A stretch of DNA of 64,000 nt. It comes from Balneolales bacterium (GTDB lineage Bacteria > Bacteroidota > Rhodothermia > Balneolales > Natronogracilivirgulaceae). A model generated the notes under the pieces. The model did no database searches, was not told where the DNA came from, and worked only from the letters and a program-made list of their open reading frames with translations. The DNA lies in the NCBI GenBank assembly GCA_007128425.1, contig SKXL01000093.1, positions 32,247 to 96,246 of the forward strand, in the 5' to 3' direction. Positions 1 to 9,112 of the stretch are shown piece after piece. Position 1 is the first letter of the stretch. The number at the start of each line of letters is the position of its first letter. The translations under genes were made by a program, and so were the position numbers.

Positions 1-1170
1 TACATACTGAAAGATTTTGCCGGAGTTACAGTTGCTGTGGTAGGTTTAACTACCCCGGGCTCAGCTGTCTGGGATCGTACCCGAGTAGAGGGAATCCTTG
101 ATTTCGGTGATGGGGTGGATGCTGCTCAAAGGTTTGTAAATGAGGTTTATGAAAAAGTGGGATCTGATGTGGTGATTGTATTGGCTCACTCCGGCCTGGA
201 TGGAAGCACCAGCTATCAGACGGAAACGCCGGGAGATGAGAATTTTGGCAGAGCTGTGGGTGAGACGGTCCCTGGAGTTGATCTGCTTGTACTTGGGCAT
301 ACACATCGTACCATTGACAGCGTTGTGCTTACCGGTGCTGACGGGCAACCTGTCGGAGTAATCCAGCCGGGTCGTTGGGCATCTCATCTCGGTGTTGCCG
401 GCCTCAGGTTAACCCGTAATCATGAGAACAAAGTGGTCGTTGTCGATGTAAAAACTGAAAACCACTCCGTCTCAGGCGTACCCGAGCACCCTGAAATCGT
501 GGATATAACAAAAGAAACGCATCAGGACGTTGTTGATTTTGTCACGGAACCAGTAGCTTATACCGACGATGTATGGTCAGCCGGCAGATCACGCAGTGTT
601 GACACCCCCGTCATCGATCTCATACAGACCGTCCAGAAAGAAGCGACAGGTGCCCAGCTTTCCGCCGCCGCCGCATTCAATACCTCTGTGGAATTCGGCC
701 CGGGACCAGTTACACGAGGCGATATTGCTTTGCTTTATCCGTATTTCAATACACTCTACAAACTGGAAATCAGTGGCGTACAAATTAGGGAATTCCTCGA
801 ACATACTTCCAGATACTACAAGACGGGTACCGATGATCAGGGCAGTCCCGTCATTAACAGGGAATGGCCGGGTTTCAACTTCGATATGCTGGCAGGTGTC
901 GAATACATCCTTGATGTGAGGAATGAACCCGGCCAACGGGTTACGCGGCTCACATACAAGGGTGAACCGGTTACAGATAATGACACCTTTACCATTGCCA
1001 TAAACTCATACAGGGCCGAGGGAGGAGGCGGATTTGATATGCTGGAAGATGCCCCCGTTCTTGAGATGATTAACCGCTCTGTTGGTGATATGATACTTGA
1101 ATTTCTCATGGACAAACAAGAGATTCAGCATGACGATGTTTTCGAAGAAAACTGGCATCTGGCATATTGA
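1..1170 (+). CDS. Bifunctional metallophosphatase / 5'-nucleotidase family protein, C-terminal part (5' end lies outside the window)
   Basis: The frame is open from nt 1 (YILKDFAGVTVAVVGLTTPG...). It has the metallophosphoesterase signature LVLGHTHR, followed by a 5'-nucleotidase C-terminal-domain-like region (YPYFNTLYKLEISG, INSYRAEGGGGFD). Confidence 0.8.
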   Translation, partial: YILKDFAGVTVAVVGLTTPGSAVWDRTRVEGILDFGDGVDAAQRFVNEVYEKVGSDVVIVLAHSGLDGSTSYQTETPGDENFGRAVGETVPGVDLLVLGHTHRTIDSVVLTGADGQPVGVIQPGRWASHLGVAGLRLTRNHENKVVVVDVKTENHSVSGVPEHPEIVDITKETHQDVVDFVTEPVAYTDDVWSAGRSRSVDTPVIDLIQTVQKEATGAQLSAAAAFNTSVEFGPGPVTRGDIALLYPYFNTLYKLEISGVQIREFLEHTSRYYKTGTDDQGSPVINREWPGFNFDMLAGVEYILDVRNEPGQRVTRLTYKGEPVTDNDTFTIAINSYRAEGGGGFDMLEDAPVLEMINRSVGDMILEFLMDKQEIQHDDVFEENWHLAY

Positions 1171-1178
1171 GTGCACCT

Positions 1179-2324
1179 ATGAACATTTTATTGGTTGAAC
1201 CTTTTCTGGGGGGATCACACAGGGCGTTTATCGACGGTTTAAGCAAGCATTCCAGACACAGGATATTCAAGGCGACCATGAAAGGAAGCCACTGGAAGTG
1301 GCGGATGAGCGGTGGAGCCGTTACGCTCGCTGAAAAAACCGGGGAAATCACAGAACCGATTGATCTGGTTTTTGCCAGCAGCATGACCAACCTTCCGGCA
1401 TTTATTGCTCTTACAAATCCAAGATTTGCGCGTGTACCGATCGTTCTCTACATGCATGAAAACCAGTTGACCCAACCGGTACCGCCATCGGAAGAGAGAG
1501 ACATCACCTATTGCTATATAAATTATCTGAGTGTACTTGCCGCGGATTTTGTATTCTTTAATTCCGATTTTCATAAAAGATCCTTTTTGGATGCGCTGCC
1601 AGGACTTCTGGCGCAATTTCCCGATTATCAGCAATCCGAATCTATCGGAAGGATAGCTGCAAAAGCAGATCTCCTCTATCCCGGTCTCGACCTCAGGGTA
1701 TTTGATGAAGCCGTGAACCGTCGCAAGCTCAGAATCAGGAATGAGCGACCGGTCATAGTCTGGAATCAACGCTGGTCATTTGACAAGGATCCGGAAAAGT
1801 TTTTCCGGGTCATTGACAAGCTGGATGATGCCGAGACTACATTTGATTTGATCCTCGCCGGCGATCATCAACACGATCAGGCACCGCTCTTTGAACAGGC
1901 ATGGAAGCGTTATGGGAGCCGCATACTTCATTACGGATTTGTTGAAAATAACCAGCAGTACTCAAACCTGCTTCAAAAGGGTGACTTTGTAATTTCGACA
2001 TCCCAGCATGAATTTTTTTGCACGGCTGTGATGGAAGCGGTTTACTGCGGGTGCCATCCGATGTTACCACGAAGCCTGACCTATCCGGAACTTATCCCAA
2101 AAACGTTGCAGCAACCATTGTTACACGGACCTGTTTTCTATGAGGATGAAACCGATCTGTTTCGAAAAATGAAGAAACTTCTGGATGGAACACACAAAAA
2201 GCTCCCGCTTCCGACGCTTCAATCCATCAACCGGGACCTGGACTGGAGCCGTATCATCACGAAATACGACGATATTTTTGATAAAATCAAAAGGGACTAT
2301 CATCATCGTCCGGAGGTGGAGTAA
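1179..2324 (+). CDS. DUF3524 / GTDC1-like glycosyltransferase (homolog of eukaryotic tRNA-queuosine alpha-mannosyltransferase)
   Basis: Blocks I recognise from GTDC1: MNILLVEPFLGGSH, YMHENQL, ERDITYCYINYLSVLAADFVFFNSDFHKRSFL, VWNQRWSFDKDPEKFF, HEFFCTAVMEAVYCGCHPMLP..TYPELIP. ATG at 1179 is preferred. An in-frame TTG at 1167 overlaps the upstream TGA. Confidence 0.8.
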   Translation: MNILLVEPFLGGSHRAFIDGLSKHSRHRIFKATMKGSHWKWRMSGGAVTLAEKTGEITEPIDLVFASSMTNLPAFIALTNPRFARVPIVLYMHENQLTQPVPPSEERDITYCYINYLSVLAADFVFFNSDFHKRSFLDALPGLLAQFPDYQQSESIGRIAAKADLLYPGLDLRVFDEAVNRRKLRIRNERPVIVWNQRWSFDKDPEKFFRVIDKLDDAETTFDLILAGDHQHDQAPLFEQAWKRYGSRILHYGFVENNQQYSNLLQKGDFVISTSQHEFFCTAVMEAVYCGCHPMLPRSLTYPELIPKTLQQPLLHGPVFYEDETDLFRKMKKLLDGTHKKLPLPTLQSINRDLDWSRIITKYDDIFDKIKRDYHHRPEVE

Positions 2325-3840
2325 ACCCTGTTTTTTTTGCCCGCCTGGCCTCTGAAGACTTTTCACTATTACTTCCATCGCCCAGCTTTCCGGAGGTATC
2401 TCCATGGTCCGATGCCAGGTAGGTGGGCTCGGAATAGGCACGTGACAGATTTTCGAATCGGGCATATTGTTTAATGAACTGTAAACTAACCGTTCCGACG
2501 GGACCATTTCTCTGTTTTCCAACAATCAGTTCAGCGATACCTTCGGTTGAATTGCCCTGATCATCGGTTGTGATTTTGTAATATTCAGGACGATAGAGAA
2601 AGCAGACGACGTCCGCATCCTGTTCTATGGACCCGGATTCCCGAAGATCGCTGAGCTGAGGTCGTTTGTCTCCGCCACGTTGCTCAACAGCCCTGCTCAG
2701 CTGGGATAACCCGATTACCGGTACGTTGATTTCCTTGGCCAGGGCCTTGAGTCCTCTTGATATCCCTGCAATCTCCTGTTCGCGGTTCTGGCGATCATTC
2801 TGCATGCCTGTCATCAGCTGTAAATAGTCGACGATGATCAATCCGATATCATGCTCACTTTTGAGTCTGCGGCACTTGGAGCGCAACTCCATGATGCTGA
2901 TGGAAGGGGTATCGTCTATAAAAATAGGAGCGGTGTGAAGACGTCCGGCAGCTTCAAGCAGTTTTTTAAATTCATTATCATCCAGCTTACCGGTTCTGGC
3001 TTTTTGAGCGTCAACGCGTCCTTCCATAGTCAACAATCGCTGAACCAGGGCTTGATCTGACATCTCGAGACTAAAAATTGCGACAGGGGCTTTTTTTTCG
3101 GGATCGGAATGCAGCGCTGCATTGCGAGCTACCGTAAGTGTAAAAGCTGTTTTACCCATGGATGGACGGGCGGCAACTATGATAAGATCGCCTCTTTGCC
3201 ACCCCGCAGTGATATTGTCAACATCCAGACCGGTAGGGACACCGGTAATGCCCTGTTTCTTTCCGCGTATCTCCTCCAGATAAGAAATCGTATGCTTCAG
3301 AATATCAACCAGTGATTTGTTGCCACCCCGCGCCTTGGCATTGGTTATGTCGTATATACGCTGTTCTGCGCTGTCCAGGACCTCAAAGGAATCGCTTGTG
3401 GAGTCATAGGCTTCCTGGATAATTTCGGAACAGCCAAGGATAAGATGCCTTTTGAGTGCTTTTTCAGCTACTATCTGGCAATGGTATTCAACATTGGCGG
3501 CTGAACTTACAGAACGGGTCAATTCGGCGAGATAACTGCTCCCTCCGATGGTATCAAGCAATTCGCGATCCCGAAGCTCATTCTCGACGGTCAGCAGATC
3601 CAGCGGATTGTCGCGTTCGTACAACTTGCAGATCACTTCAAAGATGTGACGGTGTGCAGGCTTGTAGAAATCTTCCGCCTCGAGCATCTCAATGGCGACG
3701 GATGCTGCCTGTTCCTCAATTAGCATGCTGCCAAGAATGGCTTCCTCAATTTCGGTGGCCTGGGGAGGGATGCGACCCTGGGACTCCAGCAGTGCATTTG
3801 TATCTGTCTTTCCGGTTTTGGAGTGCGGTTTATTTACCAT
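2287..3840 (-). CDS. dnaB: Replicative DNA helicase DnaB
   Basis: N-terminal PPQATEIEEAILGSML, Walker A ARPSMGKTAF, IFSLEMS, IIVDYLQLM, SQLSRAVEQR. It carries a ~50 aa low-complexity acidic/Ser-rich C-terminal tail that overlaps the 3' end of the convergent glycosyltransferase gene by 38 nt. Confidence 0.95.
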   Translation of the reverse strand: MVNKPHSKTGKTDTNALLESQGRIPPQATEIEEAILGSMLIEEQAASVAIEMLEAEDFYKPAHRHIFEVICKLYERDNPLDLLTVENELRDRELLDTIGGSSYLAELTRSVSSAANVEYHCQIVAEKALKRHLILGCSEIIQEAYDSTSDSFEVLDSAEQRIYDITNAKARGGNKSLVDILKHTISYLEEIRGKKQGITGVPTGLDVDNITAGWQRGDLIIVAARPSMGKTAFTLTVARNAALHSDPEKKAPVAIFSLEMSDQALVQRLLTMEGRVDAQKARTGKLDDNEFKKLLEAAGRLHTAPIFIDDTPSISIMELRSKCRRLKSEHDIGLIIVDYLQLMTGMQNDRQNREQEIAGISRGLKALAKEINVPVIGLSQLSRAVEQRGGDKRPQLSDLRESGSIEQDADVVCFLYRPEYYKITTDDQGNSTEGIAELIVGKQRNGPVGTVSLQFIKQYARFENLSRAYSEPTYLASDHGDTSGKLGDGSNSEKSSEARRAKKTGFTPPPDDDDSPF

Positions 3841-3963
3841 AATTAATTAACAATCTACATACTAGATTACTGGTTGCAGGGACATTTCATTAATGGCCGT
3901 TTCCCGATTTTTAATCCACACTGTGAACTTCCGCCAACAACACACCGTTGCACATTGATGCAT

Positions 3964-3996
3964 AAAAAAATACCTTGCGGGCAGTTTCAAAAGGTA
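3964..3996 (-). terminator. Possible intrinsic terminator downstream of the UDG gene
   Basis: On the minus strand, TACCTT / AAGGTA forms a 6 bp stem (3971-3976 / 3991-3996) followed by a T7 run (3964-3970 on the plus strand as A7). The 14-nt loop is long, so this call is weak. Confidence 0.35.
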
Positions 3997-4041
3997 CCAA
4001 AAAATACAGAAGAGTGCTTCGCTCAGAAGAAAAAAATCAAG

Positions 4042-4815
4042 TCAGCCGCCTTCTCCAGTCAGTTCATTATACCTCTTGCGAAGCAACTGTACATCCTCCC
4101 ATGTAGCGCGCTTGAGAGCGGGATTTCGAAGCAATGCGGCAGGATGGAACGTTGCCATCAACTCGATGCCCTCGCGAAATGGATGGAAACGACAGCGAAG
4201 GTCTTTCATCGGTTCGTCCGTTCGAAGAAGTGTTTGTGCGGATACTCGTCCCAGGCACAGGATCAGCTTCGGTTTAATAAGCTCAATTTGTCGAAAAAGA
4301 TAGGGCAGGCTGCGATCACGCTCTTCGGGCAGAGGATCTCTGTTGTTGGGTGGTCTGTGTTTCAGAATATTGGCAATGTAGACGTCTTGGCGATGAAATG
4401 ATATGGCTGCCAATATCTTGTTGAGAAGCTGTCCGGCAGGGCCAACAAATGGTTCACCCTGTTTATCTTCCTGAAATCCCGGTGCCTCACCGATCAGCAT
4501 GAGATCAGCATCAGGGTTGCCGGTTCCAAAAACCAGACGGGTGCCGGTCAGGTCGGTGCGTAAAACATCAGAATTCAGACAGATATCCAGAAGCTCATCA
4601 AGTGTTTTTGCCGATTCGGGCAGATCGGATTTACTGCGCGGTTTGGCATCGGTTCCATCCGGAATATCAGGTTCAGGGCTTGAAAGGTAATCGGATTCGT
4701 CGTTGATTTTCTTCGAGATGTCAGGCATTTGAAATCGACCGTACAACTCCGCTTCCAGTCTCAGAAATTCCTTTGCTGTACGAATCAAATTGTGATCATC
4801 CGAATTGTCAGACAT
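4042..4815 (-). CDS. Uracil-DNA glycosylase, family 4
   Basis: Family-4 motifs GEAPGFQEDKQGEPFVGPAGQLL and HPAALLRNP, with an N-terminal extension. Confidence 0.9.
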   Translation of the reverse strand: MSDNSDDHNLIRTAKEFLRLEAELYGRFQMPDISKKINDESDYLSSPEPDIPDGTDAKPRSKSDLPESAKTLDELLDICLNSDVLRTDLTGTRLVFGTGNPDADLMLIGEAPGFQEDKQGEPFVGPAGQLLNKILAAISFHRQDVYIANILKHRPPNNRDPLPEERDRSLPYLFRQIELIKPKLILCLGRVSAQTLLRTDEPMKDLRCRFHPFREGIELMATFHPAALLRNPALKRATWEDVQLLRKRYNELTGEGG

Positions 4816-4821
4816 GAGCCA

Positions 4822-6276
4822 TCAATTTTGTTCAATGGTATTGATTGCGTTCGTTGATGTTTTCGCAGCATTCCCGTTTGTGTTGAAATATCTCAACAAC
4901 TCACCTGAGGCATTGACGGGTTCAACTGCTCTATGTACCGTCCCCGGGTTATAAACCGTTTCAACGCGCCCCTGAACCGGTTCGCCTGGAAATTTGTGAT
5001 CGAGCCGGCATAAGACAATTTTATTTACAAGATCAGGATCGTATGGTACCGAGACGCGGATGTAGTTGTCTGACCAGCCGGAAATCCCTCCGTCCAGCAC
5101 CTGTTGTTCAAACAATACTGGTCTTGTGGTACCAAGGAGGGATGAATCAAAATCAAAACGTTTCTGTTCCGAAATCCGGCGAAGTTTGTGGGTCCTTTGT
5201 TTACGGATTTGCCTGGAGACATTGCCACCGATGCCGGTGGCCGTTGTATTGGGGCGCTCTGAGTAGGTAAATACGTGGAGATAGCCTGCGGGAAGCTCCT
5301 GCAAATACTCCATGGATGTTTGAAACAGTTTTTCCGTTTCACCAGGATGCCCCGTAATCACATCAACGCCAATGCAGGCGTGGGGCATGCGATTCAGAAT
5401 GCGTTCGACCCGTTTGCTGTAGCGATCTGTTTGGTATCTGCGCTTCATGAGCTTCAGCATTTTATCCGATCCGCTTTGCAGTGGAATATGAAAATGAGGT
5501 TGTACAGTGCGAGAATCGGCAACAAAATCAATGATCTCATCGGTGAGCAAGTTTGGTTCAATGGATGAGATGCGAATTCGGTCAAGACCGGGTAGCCGGT
5601 CCATTTTCCGAAGCAGATTAATGAACGTTTCGTCAGTTCGGTTTCCAAAATCCCCGACATTAACCCCGGTAAGAACGATTTCGCGATATCCATCTCCTAT
5701 AACCTGTTTCGCATTGTCGAGTATTTGTGCAATGGAAGGACTTCTGCTCTTGCCGCGGGCAAGCGGTATTGTGCAAAAACTGCATGTGTAATCGCAGCCA
5801 TCCTGTACTTTCAGAAATGCACGGGTACGGTCACTGGAGGAGAAGGCGTGATGAAAGTCAACCGCTTTATTAACATCCGAGCGATGAACAATAGTCTGGT
5901 CGCACTTTTCAAAATTTCCCGCCAGTTGAAGAATATCGAACTTTTCTTTCGCACCCACGACGAGATCAACACCTTCGATAGAAGCAATCTCGTCGGGTTC
6001 CAGTTGTGCATAGCAGCCAGTGACAACAATGTAGGCATTCGGATTCTGTCGCATAGCGCGGCGCACCACCTTCCGGCAATCACGGTTGGCATCCTGTGTA
6101 ACAGAGCAGGTATTGATGACGTAAATATCCGATTTCTTGTCAAAAGGGAGAATGGTAAAACGTTGCCCTTCGAAATGGCGCTTTAGTGTGGAGGTTTCAG
6201 CGAAATTGAGCTTGCAGCCCAGTGTATAGAAAGCCACACTTTTTGTTGAAGTGGATATTGAACTGTTCCGGTCCAT
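4822..6276 (-). CDS. mtaB: tRNA (t6A37) methylthiotransferase MtaB (radical SAM, MiaB-like)
   Basis: UPF0004 domain FYTLGCKLNFAE, radical-SAM CDYTCSFCTIP, and a C-terminal TRAM-like region. The start is set at ATG 6276 (MDRNSS...) because the longer ORF to 6387 would overlap nuoH. Confidence 0.85.
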   Translation of the reverse strand: MDRNSSISTSTKSVAFYTLGCKLNFAETSTLKRHFEGQRFTILPFDKKSDIYVINTCSVTQDANRDCRKVVRRAMRQNPNAYIVVTGCYAQLEPDEIASIEGVDLVVGAKEKFDILQLAGNFEKCDQTIVHRSDVNKAVDFHHAFSSSDRTRAFLKVQDGCDYTCSFCTIPLARGKSRSPSIAQILDNAKQVIGDGYREIVLTGVNVGDFGNRTDETFINLLRKMDRLPGLDRIRISSIEPNLLTDEIIDFVADSRTVQPHFHIPLQSGSDKMLKLMKRRYQTDRYSKRVERILNRMPHACIGVDVITGHPGETEKLFQTSMEYLQELPAGYLHVFTYSERPNTTATGIGGNVSRQIRKQRTHKLRRISEQKRFDFDSSLLGTTRPVLFEQQVLDGGISGWSDNYIRVSVPYDPDLVNKIVLCRLDHKFPGEPVQGRVETVYNPGTVHRAVEPVNASGELLRYFNTNGNAAKTSTNAINTIEQN

Positions 6277-6349
6277 AATGTATGATGTGCAAGTTTCCTG
6301 GCCCGCTCTACGGCATGTTTTCAACGGCTCTGCAGTATATGATATTCTG

Positions 6350-7348
6350 TCATGAGATATAATACAGGATGATGGCAATGACAGCAAAATTCAAAATTGC
6401 CAGCGGAAGCATTTTTGTCCAGCCGAGACGCATCAACTGATTGAATTTAAAGCGGGGCAGTGTCCAACGGACCCATATGAAGACAAAGGCAAAAAAGACG
6501 GTCTTGAGCAGAAACACATGGATGTCCAGAATGGATTTCCAAAGCGGACTCATTTCCGGCAACCAGTAGCCGGCGAAGGGGAGGTGGTATCCACCAAAGA
6601 AAAATACGGTGATGAGCATGCTACCGACTACAACATGCATGTATTCCGCAAGAAAGAATGTTCCGAACTTCATGGAACTGTATTCGGTATGAAAACCGCC
6701 CACCAGTTCCTGCTCGGCTTCAACAAGATCAAAAGGAGCACGGTTGGCTTCTGCAAACGCTGCAATAACAAAAATCACACATCCGATCGGATTTCGAAAT
6801 ACGTTCCACCAAATTTCCTGAGATTGAACGATCTCCAGAACGCTGAGCGATCCGGCAAACAGAATGACCGAGGCCAGTGCGACACCCATGGGCAGCTCGT
6901 AACTGATCATCTGAGCGGCAGCGCGCAATCCACCCAAAAGGGAATATTTGCTGTTGGAAGACCAGCCGGCAAGTGTTACACCATAGACGGAAAGAGATGC
7001 TACAGCCAGCAGGAACAATACACCCACATTCAGGTTGGTGATGTATACAAATTCACTGAAAGGAATGACGGCAACCGTTATGATGGCCGTGGCAACCGGT
7101 ATGGTCGGAGCAAGGATGTACAGGAAACGGTTGGCCTTGGTCGGAATGATATCCTCTTTGAGAAAGAGCTTGATCACGTCAGCAAATGGCTGAAACAAGC
7201 CGAACGGACCGACACGGTTTGGTCCATACCTGTTTTGTATGAAAGCCGAAACCCGTCGTTCTGCGTATACGGCAACCGCCGCCGAAGGGAGAAGAAATAG
7301 CAGGACAACGGCCAGCATGACCAGAGTTGAAAAAAGCAGTGGATCCAT
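6350..7348 (-). CDS. nuoH: NADH-quinone oxidoreductase subunit H
   Basis: Polytopic membrane protein with typical NuoH/ND1 blocks (AERRVSAFIQNRYGPNRVGP, GWSSNSKYSLLGGLRAAAQMISYE, FAEANRAPFDLVEAEQELVGGFHTEYS). Confidence 0.95.
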   Translation of the reverse strand: MDPLLFSTLVMLAVVLLFLLPSAAVAVYAERRVSAFIQNRYGPNRVGPFGLFQPFADVIKLFLKEDIIPTKANRFLYILAPTIPVATAIITVAVIPFSEFVYITNLNVGVLFLLAVASLSVYGVTLAGWSSNSKYSLLGGLRAAAQMISYELPMGVALASVILFAGSLSVLEIVQSQEIWWNVFRNPIGCVIFVIAAFAEANRAPFDLVEAEQELVGGFHTEYSSMKFGTFFLAEYMHVVVGSMLITVFFFGGYHLPFAGYWLPEMSPLWKSILDIHVFLLKTVFFAFVFIWVRWTLPRFKFNQLMRLGWTKMLPLAILNFAVIAIILYYIS

Positions 7349-9091
7349 TTATATCGTATTAACTTCTGAATCTTGTTCCAGTTTCAGTTGAATGCCGTTA
7401 TTTTCATCCATTTGTTCGTATGTAATCCCCTGGAAAGCAGGTATTTTTTTGCCAATTTCAGCCAGAATCCGGCGGGATGACTCCCATACAAAGGTATCAG
7501 AACCGGAATTGAGCCTGGTGATGAATTCCCAGGCCGGGATGCAGTCTATACGGTTGGCATCAGTCACCCAGTTGTCAAATTTTGTACCGTAATGATCCGG
7601 CCGGCCCATGGACATCTCCAGGTTCAAACGGCGGTTGGTATACAGTGTTTCTTTGGCTGGTACGGTTCGCTGGATGCGTCCGTCCACATTGATGTACGAA
7701 GCAGCGTGTTCAACGGCAGTGGTAATCGGGATTACAAGGTCAGCGGCGCGGGAGGTGCTGTTATGGTTGGTTCCCAAGTAAACCGTATATGCATCTTCAA
7801 GGTGAGAGGGGGCGAGGTCCGACCGATCGAGAATATCATCATTGAGAATGAAAACCAGTTTGGGTCTACCGGATGCCACAAGTTTTTGAAGTTTGTCTCC
7901 GGCAACTTCGCTATATCCGAGTGCCCGGATGCCCCGGGTATTCGGAGCCTGGTCGTCACTCAGCAGCAGATCATCACCGGAACCGGGGATGACATGCGGC
8001 AGAAAATAAAAATCAGCTACTCCAAGCGATTTAAAGTAGGCTTTATAAGCATAGCTGTCCTCTACCGAGGCGTGTGGACTGCCGATGACCAGGATCTCGG
8101 GAGGTTTGACCTTGTCAAGTTCTTCGCGCAGGGTTAGTTCGGCGTTATTCCATGTTGTGCGCACCTGTTCTTTTTCATCGGGTCGTATCCACGGCTTTGA
8201 GATTCTGTTTTCGTTGAATATTCTGTAAGACAGCCGGCCTGAATCCGGCATCCAGTGATCATTTACCGCCTCATTGAATCTTGGGGTAATGCGCATGACA
8301 AGATTATCCCTGGTCCACACCCAGGTGCTGCATCCTTTACCGTTTGAGATGTCAATTCCGGGGGTCTGATTCATCTCCCATACACGGGCTTTGAACCGGA
8401 AATCGGCTGAGGTTAGAGCGCCAACCGGACAAATATCCACGGTGTTCAGGGAGTATGGATCATCGAAGACCTTACCGTTGGCCGTCATCGGATAGTTCTT
8501 GTCGCCTCTGGAGATGATGGTTAATTGATGCGTTTTGGATATTTCATCAGTAAAACGGACGCATCGGGTACAGTTGATGCAGCGCTCGGCGTCAAGAATC
8601 ACTCTTGGTCCGAGTTGTATCGCCTTGGGTTTATGAACCTTCTTATGTTCAAATCGGCTTCCTTCCGGACCGTATTTATAGGTCAGAATCTGTAGCGGGC
8701 ATTCTCCGGCCTGATCGCATATCGGGCAGTCCAGTGGATGATTGATAAGGATAAACTCCAGGTTGTCGGCTTGCGCCTGTTTTACCAGTTCATCCGAGTG
8801 ATGGGTGTGAACCACCATGCCGTCGGCCAAATCAAGGCTGCAGGCTGTCATCAGTTTCGGGAAATACCGGATGACCCGTTCACCATTTTCATCAAGCTCA
8901 AATGTTCCTTTGACCTTGTCGAATACAGGCATTCCGGCCTTGACCATGCATTGTCTGCAATTTGCAGGGATAGAGAGGGAGGGGTGATAGCAGAAAAAAG
9001 GGAGGTCCAGGCCGTTGTCCAGCATAAACTGCAGAACCTTGCCGGGCTGCTCGAATTCGTATCGTTTGTTATCAATAAAAATTTCAGGCAT
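7349..9091 (-). CDS. nuoG: NADH-quinone oxidoreductase subunit G (short form)
   Basis: 2Fe-2S CYHPSLSIPANCRQC, His/Cys cluster HPLDCPICDQAGECPLQ, 4Fe-4S CINCTRCVRF and CPVGAL. It abuts nuoH with no gap. Confidence 0.85.
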   Translation of the reverse strand: MPEIFIDNKRYEFEQPGKVLQFMLDNGLDLPFFCYHPSLSIPANCRQCMVKAGMPVFDKVKGTFELDENGERVIRYFPKLMTACSLDLADGMVVHTHHSDELVKQAQADNLEFILINHPLDCPICDQAGECPLQILTYKYGPEGSRFEHKKVHKPKAIQLGPRVILDAERCINCTRCVRFTDEISKTHQLTIISRGDKNYPMTANGKVFDDPYSLNTVDICPVGALTSADFRFKARVWEMNQTPGIDISNGKGCSTWVWTRDNLVMRITPRFNEAVNDHWMPDSGRLSYRIFNENRISKPWIRPDEKEQVRTTWNNAELTLREELDKVKPPEILVIGSPHASVEDSYAYKAYFKSLGVADFYFLPHVIPGSGDDLLLSDDQAPNTRGIRALGYSEVAGDKLQKLVASGRPKLVFILNDDILDRSDLAPSHLEDAYTVYLGTNHNSTSRAADLVIPITTAVEHAASYINVDGRIQRTVPAKETLYTNRRLNLEMSMGRPDHYGTKFDNWVTDANRIDCIPAWEFITRLNSGSDTFVWESSRRILAEIGKKIPAFQGITYEQMDENNGIQLKLEQDSEVNTI

Positions 9092-9112
9092 AGCTGATAT
9101 TATGGATTTTCA

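Noticed and set aside
2287-2440. The DnaB C-terminal ~50 aa Ser/Asp/Gly-rich tail. I also checked for an intein in dnaB.
   Set aside because: There is no intein: the total length is 517 aa and the motifs are contiguous. The tail is low-complexity and probably a lineage-specific disordered extension or a late stop codon. Nothing testable emerges from the sequence alone.
3874-4401. A 175-aa plus-strand ORF spanning the dnaB-UDG intergenic region.
   Set aside because: Most of it overlaps the well-supported UDG gene on the opposite strand. The translation is basic and low-complexity with no motifs.
6277-6387. The N-terminal 37-codon extension of the mtaB ORF, which overlaps nuoH.
   Set aside because: The extension has no MtaB homology and would overlap the nuoH 3' end. 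The conserved domain begins right after the internal ATG at 6276.
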